Below, in pieces: positions 1-9,464 of a DNA stretch of 64,000 bases (positions within the stretch are counted from its first letter, which is position 1; each line of letters starts with the position of its first letter). The position numbers were made by a program, and so were the translations under genes. Origin of the DNA: an uncultured Actinomycetes bacterium (GTDB lineage Bacteria; Actinomycetota; Thermoleophilia; UBA2241); NCBI GenBank assembly GCA_963709345.1, contig CAVPVX010000011.1:384001-448000 (forward strand), read 5' to 3'. Below the pieces are notes generated by a model. It made no database searches, had not been told where the DNA came from, and saw only the letters and a program-made list of their open reading frames with translations.

Positions 1-739
1 CGAAGGCGACGCCGGCGGCGCGCGGCGAGACCGGGTTCATCTCGTCGACGACCCGGTCGACCAGTTCCCGCTGCTCGGGGGTGAGGCCGGCGACGACCGC
101 CCCGTCCGCCCCCATCAGTCCGAGCAGCCGCCTCTTGAAGAGCGTGCCGGCGGCCCAGTACGGCAGGTCGTGCCTGAAGACGGTCGCCAGCAGGTCGCCC
201 TGCCGGTTCGCCTGCGCCTGGTCCGGCGCGTCCGACGCGGCGACGCCGCAGGAGATGAGCGTGAGCGACGACACCCGCTCCGGGTGCAGCGCCGCAAAGA
301 GCAGGGCGGAGGGGCCGCCATGGCTGAGCGCCACGACGGCGGCCTTCTCTATCCCCAGGTGGTCGAGCAGACACGCGTAGGCGTGCGCCTGGTCGTCCCA
401 GGTGGCGCCCTTGTGGAAGGTGGAGCGCAGGTAGCCGAACCGCGACGGGGTGACGCGGCGGAAGCCGCTACCCAGGACGGCCTCCGCGACGAGCTCACCC
501 TGGTCGTAGCCGCCCCCGCTCCCGTGGATCACGAGAGCGGGGGGACCCGACCCGGCTACGGTGTACTCGATGTCGCCCCAGGGCGACGGCACGAGTGCGC
601 TCTTCCCCCGGATGCGGCCGTAGGCGCGCTTCATGTCCAGGGCATACGCGCCGGCCGCGGTGACGGCCGCCGCGGCCGCCGCGCCTGGGGCTGCGGCGGC
701 CGCGGCGCTCGCGGCGACCGCGCCCGCTACGGCCCTCAC
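1..739 (-). CDS. alpha/beta fold hydrolase (runs off the left edge)
   Basis: Hand translation from GTG at 739, which overlaps the upstream TGA: ...DIEYTVAGSGPPALVIHGSGGGYDQG...VVALSHGGPSALLFAALHPERV. It has the HG oxyanion motif and a nucleophile elbow. Absent from the ORF track because no stop lies in the window. Confidence 0.85.
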   Translation of the reverse strand, partial: MRAVAGAVAASAAAAAAPGAAAAAAVTAAGAYALDMKRAYGRIRGKSALVPSPWGDIEYTVAGSGPPALVIHGSGGGYDQGELVAEAVLGSGFRRVTPSRFGYLRSTFHKGATWDDQAHAYACLLDHLGIEKAAVVALSHGGPSALLFAALHPERVSSLTLISCGVAASDAPDQAQANRQGDLLATVFRHDLPYWAAGTLFKRRLLGLMGADGAVVAGLTPEQRELVDRVVDEMNPVSPRAAGVAF

Positions 740-1185
740 CGTGCATCCCCGGCCGGGACGGCCGCCTGCACCCGCGCGCTGCCGGCCGTCACGCGCCGGC
801 CGAGCGCCAGCCACAGCAGCGCGGCGTCCACCGCCAGCGGCAGGACGGCCCATCCGGAGATCCAGACGACCTGCACCACGAGGGACGCGATCACGCCGGT
901 GATGACGAGCCCGCGGAGCCAGGAGCCTGGGACGACCCACCCCAGGTAGGAGCCGGCGGCCAGCACGAGGCAGACGGCCGCCGTGATCCCGAGGATCGGC
1001 GTGAGCACGTCGCGGATGCCGCCCGCCGGCAGCAGCGTGGCCGTGTCGGCGAAGAACGGCCAGAGGAGACCGCCGCCGACCCACCACGGCGGCGGGCCCT
1101 GCCCGGCGGCGGCGGGCACGAGCGCCGTCAGATTGAGGTGGGCGCCGAGCAGCAGCAGGGCGACAATCGAGATTCTCTTGAACAT
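736..1185 (-). CDS. small integral membrane protein
   Basis: About four hydrophobic segments from MFKRISIV; AAGGAG RBS; stop overlaps the hydrolase start. Confidence 0.75.
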   Translation of the reverse strand: MFKRISIVALLLLGAHLNLTALVPAAAGQGPPPWWVGGGLLWPFFADTATLLPAGGIRDVLTPILGITAAVCLVLAAGSYLGWVVPGSWLRGLVITGVIASLVVQVVWISGWAVLPLAVDAALLWLALGRRVTAGSARVQAAVPAGDAR

Positions 1186-1204
1186 GGCGCTTCTCCTTCG
1201 TTCG

Positions 1205-1232
1205 TGGAAACCCAGGACATTCTGAGTTTCCA
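1205..1232. promoter_or_regulatory. putative TetR operator TGGAAAC-N14-GTTTCCA
   Basis: Inverted repeat upstream of the membrane-protein/hydrolase pair. The same motif occurs twice upstream of the TetR gene. Confidence 0.75.
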
Positions 1233-1284
1233 TGGGGCCTGAAGAGGCCGCACCTGGATGCGGCCGGTCTTGCCGATCGCCGGG

Positions 1285-1824
1285 CTACTCCACGAACCTG
1301 CCGATGCGCTCGAGCAGTTCCTTGTCGCGGTCGTAGGCCGGGTCTGCGTTCACGAGCAGGAGGTACTCGACGAGCATGGCGGCGATCATCTTCTCGACCA
1401 GGGTAGCGTCGCCGCACCGGAACTCGCCGGCGTCCATGCCGCCCTGCACCAGCTCGCGCAGCAGGTCGCCGTTGGCCTTGCGGAAGGCGTCGGCGGCTAT
1501 CTCGTACTCGCGCAGCCACTCGTCCTCGCCGGTCTTCACGATGTGGGCTCGGGCCACCTCGAGCAACGATCTCACGGTCGCCTCCACTCGCGCCGCGTGG
1601 GTCGGGAGCGGAGCCACCGCGGCGGCGAATTCGGCCTGCATCCGCAGCGCCTGGCGCGCGACCACCTGCGCGTAGATGTCGCGCTTGCCGCTGAAGTGCA
1701 CGTAGATCGTCTTCTTGGAGATCTTGAGCTCGCGGGCGACGTCGTCGAGGTTGGCCTTGTCGTAGCCACGGCTCTCGACCTGCCGCTCGAAGGCTTCTGC
1801 GATGCGCTGTCCTGTGGCGTTCAT
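1285..1824 (-). CDS. TetR/AcrR family transcriptional regulator
   Basis: HTH signature GYDKANLDDVARELKISKKTIYVHFSGK; start taken at MNATGQR. Confidence 0.92.
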   Translation of the reverse strand: MNATGQRIAEAFERQVESRGYDKANLDDVARELKISKKTIYVHFSGKRDIYAQVVARQALRMQAEFAAAVAPLPTHAARVEATVRSLLEVARAHIVKTGEDEWLREYEIAADAFRKANGDLLRELVQGGMDAGEFRCGDATLVEKMIAAMLVEYLLLVNADPAYDRDKELLERIGRFVE

Positions 1825-1843
1825 CCGGCCCACCCTGTGGTGA

Positions 1844-1902
1844 TGGAAACTTATTGCTCCCATAGTTTCCACGATGGGAACTCGGTTGTCAAGCAGTTTC
1901 CA
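1844..1902. promoter_or_regulatory. two tandem putative TetR operators
   Basis: TGGAAAC-N14-GTTTCCA at 1844-1871 and TGGGAAC-N14-GTTTCCA at 1875-1902. Confidence 0.75.
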
Positions 1903-2106
1903 ACAAGCAGCTCGACTCACCCCTGGTCGCGATGGGCGCGAGGAACCTGTCGTTGCATGTGATCCCGGTCTCCGCCGGGGCCGCGCCCCCGCGATAGAAT
2001 CGCGCTCGGGCGGGCTGGGCGGGCAGCTCACACGCGGCTGACGCGGGAGGCCGCCGCCGGTCTTCTTGCTGCGGCCCCTGAAGAAGCTGTGTGAGATGCG
2101 ATCTGG

Positions 2107-3078
2107 CTATCCGGCGCGCCGCGCCGCCATGCCCGCCAGCACCTCCAGGACGGTGGCGTGCGCCGCCAGCGCGGTGATGCCGGCGGGGTCGACCATGGGG
2201 TTCACCTCGACCAGGTCGAAGGCGCACAGGTCGAGCTCGGCGGCCATGCGTCCGGCGGCGCTGAGCAGTTCTCGCGTGGTGATGCCGCCGGCCTCCGGCG
2301 TGCCGGTCCCGGGCGCGAACGCCGGGTCGACCACGTCGATGTCCATGGTGAGATAGGTCAGTGGCGCCAGCTCGCGGGCGGCCGTGATGAGGTCGCCGAC
2401 GACCGCGCCCATGCCGCGCTCGGCGACCTCTTCCATCAGGACGATGCGCATGCCCTTGCCGCCCCAGAGGTCGATCTCCTCGCCCGTCGTGGGCCAGTAG
2501 CCGCGCACGCCGGCGACCAGGTGATGGTGCGGCAGGAGCGCACCCCGGTCGATGGCCTGCGAGAAGGGGTTGCCGTGGTCGATCTCGTCGAGCCCGAGCT
2601 CCACGTCGGCGTGAGCGTCCAGGTGGATGACGGCGTACCCCTCGGCGCCGAAGCGCGCGGCAAGGGCCTCAAGGACCGGCAGCGAGATCGAGTGGTCGCC
2701 GCCGAGGACCGCCGGTACGGCGCCTGCGGCCAGGGCCGCGGTCACGGCCGCGTGAAGCCCCTCGTGGATCGTCTCGATGCTGCTGGGGAAGGAGCCCACG
2801 TCGCCGTGGTCGACGATGCGCATCGTCTGGAACGGGTCGATGCGGCGCCCCGGGTGCAGGCGCGTGGCCGGAGGGCCGACGATGTCCGCGTCGCGGATGG
2901 CGCGCGGCCCGAACCTCGTGCCGGGCCGGTAGCTGGTGGCCTGGTCACAGGGTGCGCCGACGATCACGACGTCGGCGCCGCTGAGCCCCTCGGGGTCCAG
3001 CACGAGCGGGGCGTAGGCGAACGTGGGCCCCGGCCCGGCGTAGGCGAGCTGATCGTCCCGGTAGCTTCGGCTGCTCAT
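2107..3078 (-). CDS. speB: agmatinase / ureohydrolase (arginase family)
   Basis: RPGTRFGPRAIR, GGDHS, HLDAHAD and DIDVVDPAFAPGTGTPEAGG motifs. Exact substrate not certain. Confidence 0.88.
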   Translation of the reverse strand: MSSRSYRDDQLAYAGPGPTFAYAPLVLDPEGLSGADVVIVGAPCDQATSYRPGTRFGPRAIRDADIVGPPATRLHPGRRIDPFQTMRIVDHGDVGSFPSSIETIHEGLHAAVTAALAAGAVPAVLGGDHSISLPVLEALAARFGAEGYAVIHLDAHADVELGLDEIDHGNPFSQAIDRGALLPHHHLVAGVRGYWPTTGEEIDLWGGKGMRIVLMEEVAERGMGAVVGDLITAARELAPLTYLTMDIDVVDPAFAPGTGTPEAGGITTRELLSAAGRMAAELDLCAFDLVEVNPMVDPAGITALAAHATVLEVLAGMAARRAG

Positions 3079-3176
3079 CCCCGCATCCTCCTTGGGTGAC
3101 GCCGGGCGGCTGGCGCCCGCCCGGACTCAGTGCTGTGGGTGGCCATTCTACCGGGCGGTGCGCCGTGGGGGCGCTC

Positions 3177-3632
3177 TCAGGCCGCCGCCGCCACGGCGGC
3201 GCGGCGCTCCGCCTCGGCCTTCAGCGAGCGCAGCCCGTCGCGCAGGCCGGAGCGCAGCGTGCGCTCCATGCGCGAGCGGAAGAGCCGCGCGGGCAGGCCG
3301 TCCCAGGACTCGCTCTGGCGCACCAGCGTGCCGCCGTCCGAGGCCTCGAAGCTATAGGCGTCGACGGCCCTGATGCCGAGGGTCACGCCGGTCCAGACGA
3401 TCCTGCCGGGAGCATCCACCTCGGCGATGCTCGACTTGATCGTCCCCGGCCCCGCCTTCCAGTGGAACGACGCGCCCGGTGCGACCGGGCCGTTGAGCGT
3501 CACGGAGCTGACGGCCTCATTCCATGTCGGCCACTGCTCGATGTCGCCGAGCACGTCCCACACGGTCTGGACGTCCGCGGCGATGTGGATCTGCTCGTGC
3601 GCGATCACGGGTGCGTTCTGGTTGATGTCCAT
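3177..3632 (-). CDS. SRPBCC (polyketide cyclase/dehydrase-like) family protein
   Basis: IHIAADVQTVWDVLGDIEQWPTWN start and a C-terminal helix; AGGAGG RBS. Confidence 0.85.
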   Translation of the reverse strand: MDINQNAPVIAHEQIHIAADVQTVWDVLGDIEQWPTWNEAVSSVTLNGPVAPGASFHWKAGPGTIKSSIAEVDAPGRIVWTGVTLGIRAVDAYSFEASDGGTLVRQSESWDGLPARLFRSRMERTLRSGLRDGLRSLKAEAERRAAVAAAA

Positions 3633-4054
3633 CGGTGCGTCCCTCCTGGTTCGGTCTGCTACAGATGGAGATACCCCGGAGGGTACAGATGGACGACATC
3701 GCCGTGTTCATCGACCACGAGCCCGCACGAGGCTGAGCTGCTTCCATCGTCCGGGCCGCCCAGGCAGTGGCGTCTGTTCGCGCCGGGCGGCCCACGAGGA
3801 TCCCTCTTCAGGACCTACACCACATTGCGGGACTCGACTGGCATGTCTGCGGGTGACGTCCTGGCCCTGGCGACGAAGCGCGGCTGAGGTCGTGGCGGGA
3901 CGCCAGGAGCGCGCCTCACGCAGTACCTCGAGCGGTCGGAGCGCCGGGCAGCGGGGTTGGGCTCGCCCCAGGTCGCGCGCTTCGCGCATCCGCCCCTGAG
4001 GCCGCCGCGGCGCGATAGAATCCCCCGGCCCGCCGCGAACGCACGAGGACCGCC

Positions 4055-5540
4055 ATGACGCCTGAAGAGACCCTCGACCCCCAGGACTGGGCGGAGCTGC
4101 GCGCGCTCGCGCACCGCGCCGTGGACGACGCCGTGGACTACATGGCGTCCCTGCGCGAGCGCCCCGCCTGGGAGCACGCACCGGCGGAGGTCAAGGCGCA
4201 CTTCGCTCGGGCCGGCGCCGGCGGGGCCACAGCCCGTCGACGAGATCTACGCCGAATGGCTCGAGTACGTGCGGCCCTACCAGCTCGGCAACAGCCACCC
4301 GCGGTTCTGGGGCTGGGTGCTGGGCACCGGCACGCCCATGGGGATGATCGCCGAGATGCTGGCGGCGTCCACGGACGCGGTGAGCGGCATCTACTCGTTC
4401 GTCGCCAACAACTACGTCGAGCTACAGGTGCTGGACTGGTGCAAGCAGCTGCTCGGCTACCCGCTCGAGGCCGGGGGGCTGCTCACGAGCGGGTGCTCCG
4501 CCTCCAACCTGATCGCCCTGGCGGTGGCGCGCAACGCCAGGGCCGGGTTCGACGTGCGCGGGGAGGGGCTGGCCGGCGCGCCCGTGGGCACGGGCGGCGC
4601 GCCGGCGCGGCCGACGGTGTACTGCTCGTCCGAGGCGCACTCGTCGCTGACGAAGGCCGTCGAGCTGCTGGGCATGGGCACGAGGTCGCTGCGCCGCGTG
4701 CCCACCGACGGCGCCATGCGCATCGACCTCGGCGCGCTCGCGGACATGGTCGCGAACGACCGCGCCGCCGGGCTGCGCCCCGCGTGCGTCGTCGGCGTGG
4801 CCGGCACCACCAACACCGGGTCCATCGACGACCTGCCCGGGCTGGCCGACTTCTGCGCCGCGGAGGACCTGTGGTTCCACGTGGACGGCGCCTTCGGCGC
4901 CTGGGCCGCCATCGCCCCGGAGTCCCGTCACCTCGTCGCCGGCATGGAGCGCGCCGACTCGCTCGCCTTCGACCTGCACAAGTGGATGAACCTGACGTAC
5001 CCGGTCGGCTGCGTGCTGGTCCGCGACGCGCAGGCCCAGCTGGAGACGTTCTCGCTCACGCCGTCGTACCTGGCGCACGGCGAGGGCGACCGCGGCCTCA
5101 CGGCGGTGGACGTGCCCTGGCTCTCCGACTTCGGCTTCGAGCTGTCGCGCGGGTTCCACGCGCTCAAGGTGTGGATGGCGCTCAAGGAGCACGGCACGGA
5201 GAAGTTCGCGCGCGTGGTCCAGCAGAACATCGACCAGGCCAGGTACCTCGAGGGCCTGGTCGCGGCCGCACCCGAGCTGGAGCAGGCGCTGCCGGCGCAG
5301 CTGAACATCGTCTGCTTCCGCTACGTGCGCGCCGGCCGGGACGATGCCGCGCTGGACCAGCTCAACAAGGAGATCGAGCTTGAGCTGCAGGAGCGCGGCA
5401 TCGCGGTGCCGTCCGTCTCGACCATCCACGGCCGCAAGTACCTGCACGTGGCCGTCGCCAACCACCGCAGCCGCCGCGAGGACTTCGACCTGCTGGTGCG
5501 CGAGGTCGTGCGCCTGGGCGGGGAGCTCGCCGGCGATTGA
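4055..5540 (+). CDS. PLP-dependent group II (aromatic amino acid/glutamate-type) decarboxylase, one frameshift near 4205-4240
   Basis: N-terminus MTPEETLDPQDW in one frame; HPRFWGWV, AHSS, HVDGAFG and DLHKW in the next frame. Confidence 0.88.
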
Positions 5541-5557
5541 CGCGGGCCGGCGCCGTG

Positions 5558-5581
5558 TGTGGTTGTCAATTGACAACCACA
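5558..5581. promoter_or_regulatory. 24-bp perfect palindrome TGTGGTTGTCAATTGACAACCACA (putative operator)
   Basis: Seen directly; a 22/24 identical copy lies at 30711-30734. Confidence 0.6.
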
Positions 5582-5822
5582 GCACTGCTATCGACCCTCA
5601 TCGAGGGTCCCTGCGGCCGGAACCCGGAATCCCGAGAATCACCCGCCGCAGATCCATCGAGCGGTGGGCGGATGCGTCGCCATGCGGATGAAGCTTCGAC
5701 CATGGGACCAGGAGCCATCACACGATATCTAACCCCCAGTGGTCGAGAGTCGCGGCTGGACTCTGAGTGTGCCCATGGCAGAATCGAGCGAGCGCCGTAC
5801 TCGAGAATGCCGGAGGATCACT

Positions 5823-6668
5823 GTGGCTAGGGACTGGTCGGAATTCGAGGTCGAAGCCGTCATCGCTGACTACTTCGACATGCTCCGCACCGAGTTGCGT
5901 TGGGGGGACTAGAGCAAGAGCGTGCACCGGCACGCGCTCATGAGGCTGCTCAATGGTCGTTCCGATGGATCTGTTGAATTCAAACATCAGAACATCAGCG
6001 CTGTACTCATCGAGCTCGGCTATCCCTACATAGAGGGCTACAAACCGAGATGGAACCTTCAGGCCTTGCTGGCCGAAGCCGTGGATGTGAGGCTGAGCGC
6101 TGACCGCGAGCTCGAACGGGCCGTCAGATCAGCGGTGGACGCGCCCGCGGCTCCGACTGAGCTCGACGACCTGATTGACAGAATCGACGAGGCTCCGGCT
6201 CGGATTGAGAAGGCACGCCACAACGTCAAGTCGGAACCCGGCACCTTCTTGGTCAGTCCCACGATGAACTACCTGGAGCGCGAGGGCCGCAATCGGTCAC
6301 TGGGCCGCATGGGCGAGAAGTTCGCGCTGGCCTTTGAGACAGCACGGCTGGAGACGGCAGGCGCGACTCGACTATCGCGGCAGGTTGAGCACGTTTCCAC
6401 GACCCGAGGAGATGGACTCGGCTACGACATCCGGTCCTTCGAGGTTGGTGGAAGTGACAGGCTGATTGAGGTGAAGACGACGGGGTTCGGGAAGCAGACG
6501 CCCTTCTTCGTCAGCCGAAACGAGCTGATGGTGTCACGTCTCAGGCCTGAGTACTTCCTTTACCGGGCGTTCTCATACCGCACATCTCCGCGGCTCTACG
6601 TCCTGCAGGGGCCGATCGATCGCAACTTCAGCCTGGAGCCTGTCCATTATCGGGCTGGAATTGCCTAG
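5823..6668 (+). pseudogene. DUF3883 (NO VEIN C-terminal, PD-(D/E)XK-like) protein with in-frame TAG at 5910-5912
   Basis: GGAGG RBS then MARDWSEFEVEAVIADYFDML..GD*SKSVHR; C-terminal GDGLGYDIRSF..LIEVKTT..FFVSRNE. Confidence 0.75.
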
Positions 6669-7098
6669 CGGCCCCTTCCGCGGGGGCCGGGGACAGACCT
6701 CTCAGGCGAAGTTGTGAGCCAGGGAGTGACGAAGCCGATCAATGTGGCGGGTTTCGCACTCCCAGACGACGATGACTCGCCATCCCATTTGTTGAAGTTC
6801 TGCACTGACCGCTGTACATCGCCATCCGGTCGGATGGCACCAAGGCGTATCTCACCGGTGGGCTGATCCGTCACGCCGTCGTGATCGACACCGTCAAGGA
6901 TGTCGTACTCGGCGACGTCGGCCGCAAGCTGATTCAGACGGACGGTGTCGCTGTGCGGCCGTTCTGGTGGTCCACGGCCTGCGTGGAGGTCCTGCGCGAG
7001 GGCCAGTGACGAGGGCCAGGCGCCGGCGCTCTTCGCCATCGGCGGGCGTTGACGGCGCGCACTGCTTCGCTCACATCTTCTGGAATGCACGTTCCTGG

Positions 7099-7127
7099 TT
7101 GACGCGTTCCCACACTATCTGTAATCT
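7099..7127 (+). promoter_or_regulatory. sigma70-type promoter of the RpiR-led operon
   Basis: TTGACG-17 bp-TAATCT, about 35 bp before the ATG; imperfect palindrome GGAATGCACGTTCC just upstream. Confidence 0.55.
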
Positions 7128-7161
7128 CCTCTCCATTCCGAATCGCACTTGGGGGACGTTG

Positions 7162-8055
7162 ATGGCGACGGTGAGCACGGCTCGCGGCCCGCAGGGGCTC
7201 GTGAACCTGGTGAACGAGCGCATGCACGAGCTGACCGGCGCTGAGCGCAAGGTCGCCCGCGTCTTCCTCGCGTCGTATCCGATCTCAGGTCTTGAGCACG
7301 TGGCTCAGCTTGCGCATCGTGCCAAGGTCAGCGGGCCGACGGTGATGCGCTTTGTGAGCAAGATCGGCTTCGACGGCTATCTGGAGTTCCAGGAGGCGCT
7401 GCGTCGCGAGGTCCAGGAGAAGCTGACGTCGTCGCTCACGCAGTACCCGGAGCCCGATGTAGCCGCCGCCGGCGGCACGCTTCCTACGAGCCTGCGGGTG
7501 TTCCACGCCGAGCTGGACAAGAGCTTCGCCGGCCTTTCGGAGGCCGAGTTCGACGCGGTCGTCGAGCTCCTGGCCGACCCGCGCTACTCCATCTGCTGCA
7601 CCGGCGGGCGCTTCAGCCAGATCTTCGCCTACTTCCTCTTCCAGCATCTCAACATGATGCGTCCCAAGTGCCGGCACATTGTCGCCGCACCCACGCCGGG
7701 CTGGGACGAGCTCATCGATGTGGACAAGCGCACCGTCATGGTCGTCTTCGACTACCGCCGGTACCAGAACTCCACCATCGAGTTCGCCAGGCGGGCCGCC
7801 GAGCAGGGTAGCCAGATCGTCCTGTTCACGGACCCTTGGCTCAGCCCGGTGGCCGACGTCGCGCGCCACGTGCTCACGTCCACGGTGCAGGGACCATCGC
7901 CGTTCGACACCATGGTCACGGGGCTGGCGGTCATCGAGGCGGTCCTGGCCGGCCTGTCCGTCAAGCTCGGCGCGCAGGCCAAGCCGCGAATCGCCGAGCT
8001 CGAGCGCCTGCGGGCCGGTACCACGTGGGGCGAGCTTGTCATGGAAGCGGACTGA
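7162..8055 (+). CDS. MurR/RpiR family transcriptional regulator (HTH + SIS)
   Basis: LTGAERKVAR..LAHRAKVSGPTVMRFVSKIGFDGYLEFQ; SIS part with FTDPWLSPVA. Confidence 0.9.
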   Translation: MATVSTARGPQGLVNLVNERMHELTGAERKVARVFLASYPISGLEHVAQLAHRAKVSGPTVMRFVSKIGFDGYLEFQEALRREVQEKLTSSLTQYPEPDVAAAGGTLPTSLRVFHAELDKSFAGLSEAEFDAVVELLADPRYSICCTGGRFSQIFAYFLFQHLNMMRPKCRHIVAAPTPGWDELIDVDKRTVMVVFDYRRYQNSTIEFARRAAEQGSQIVLFTDPWLSPVADVARHVLTSTVQGPSPFDTMVTGLAVIEAVLAGLSVKLGAQAKPRIAELERLRAGTTWGELVMEAD

Positions 8056-8069
8056 ACGTGGGAGGCGTT

Positions 8070-9437
8070 GTGACGGCAGACGACGAGACGCGTATGGAAC
8101 AGCTTGTGGCCCGGTTGCGCGAGGCCGGCGTGAAGCATGTGGTCGCCACCATGGTGGACAGCGGCAGCATCACCAGGGTCAAGTGCTTCAGTCTGGACGA
8201 CCTCGCGTCCTTCGCGCGCTGGGGCTCCGGCTTCTCGATCCTGTGGGCTCTGGTGCTGAGCAACGACCACTTCACGACCACGGAGGCCATCCAGGGGCCG
8301 GCGGGCGACTTCCGCATGCTGCCCGACCCGGAGGTCGTGGTCCAGCTCGCGACCACGCCCAAGTGGGCGTGGACGCCCATGGACCTCTATGACCAGGAGG
8401 GCGAGCCGCTGTCCATCTGTCCGCGCGGCTTTCTGAAGCGGATGACCGCCGAGGCGGAGGCTCGCGGCTACTCCGTGCGCATGGCCTATGAGCTCGAGTG
8501 GCTCCTCGCCGCGATCCTCGACGACGGCCGTGTGGAGCCCGTCCATCGCGGCCCCGGGTACAGCTCCAACGCCTGGGCTCTGACCCACGAGTTCTCGGCC
8601 GACCTGCTCGAGGCGTTGGCGGACCAGGGCGTGCGCGTCGCCCAGCTCCACCCGGAGTACTCGGACGGCCAGATGGAGGTCTCGCTCGGCGTCGCCGATC
8701 CTCTCACCGCCGCCGACTGGCACGTGCTGTTCCGCCACACGGTGCGCACCATCAGCGAGCAGCACGGCTACAGGTCGTCGTTCTCGCCGGTCACCGTCCC
8801 CGGGCTCGGCAACGGCTGCCATCTCCACTTCAGCCTCTACGACCCGGCGGGCGAGAACCTCTTCTGCGGGGGGGATGGGGTGATCGGCCTCACGACGACG
8901 GGCGACGCTTTCCTCGCCGGCGTGCTCGCCGAGCTGAGCGCCATCCTCGCGCTCGCCTGCCCCACGGTGCCGTCTTACGAGCGCCTGCAGCCGCAGCACT
9001 GGGCAGGCGCGTACCGGGTCTGGGGCCACGAGAACCGCGAGGCGGCGCTGCGCTTCATCACCGGCATGGCCGGGGGCCGGAAGGACACGGCCAACATGGA
9101 GTTCAAAGCGGCGGACTGCTCCGGGCACCCGTACCTGCTGCCCGGCGCCATCATCGCCGCCGGCCTGCACGGTATCGAGCAGGGCATGATCCTGCCGGAG
9201 CCGTGTCGGGTCGACCCCGGGTCGCTCACGGAGGAGGAGCGGGCAGCTGCGGGCTACGAGCGGCTTCCCGCCAGTCTCAGCGCGGCTGCCGACGCGCTGG
9301 CGGGCTCCACGGTCCTGCGCGCGGCCATGGGCGACGTCCTGCACGACTGCATGATCGCTGTGCGCAGGGCGGAGGCCGAGGCCGACGAGGGACGGCCCAT
9401 CGAAGAGTTGGTCAAGGAGCAGCTGTGGCGCTTCTAG
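8070..9437 (+). CDS. glutamine synthetase-like gamma-glutamyl-amine ligase
   Basis: YELEW, HPEYSDGQME, GNGCHLHFSL, SYERLQP, WGHENREAALR and MEFK motifs. Confidence 0.9.
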   Translation: MTADDETRMEQLVARLREAGVKHVVATMVDSGSITRVKCFSLDDLASFARWGSGFSILWALVLSNDHFTTTEAIQGPAGDFRMLPDPEVVVQLATTPKWAWTPMDLYDQEGEPLSICPRGFLKRMTAEAEARGYSVRMAYELEWLLAAILDDGRVEPVHRGPGYSSNAWALTHEFSADLLEALADQGVRVAQLHPEYSDGQMEVSLGVADPLTAADWHVLFRHTVRTISEQHGYRSSFSPVTVPGLGNGCHLHFSLYDPAGENLFCGGDGVIGLTTTGDAFLAGVLAELSAILALACPTVPSYERLQPQHWAGAYRVWGHENREAALRFITGMAGGRKDTANMEFKAADCSGHPYLLPGAIIAAGLHGIEQGMILPEPCRVDPGSLTEEERAAAGYERLPASLSAAADALAGSTVLRAAMGDVLHDCMIAVRRAEAEADEGRPIEELVKEQLWRF

Positions 9438-9464
9438 AGCAGGTCACCCAAGGAGGATGCTGAG

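Noticed and set aside
6665-7090. 141-aa minus-strand ORF between DUF3883 and RpiR
   Set aside because: No RBS or recognisable motif; possibly a relic but unsupported.
8070-9437. glnA (housekeeping glutamine synthetase)
   Set aside because: Divergent N-terminal region and a catabolic operon context point to a gamma-glutamyl-amine ligase.
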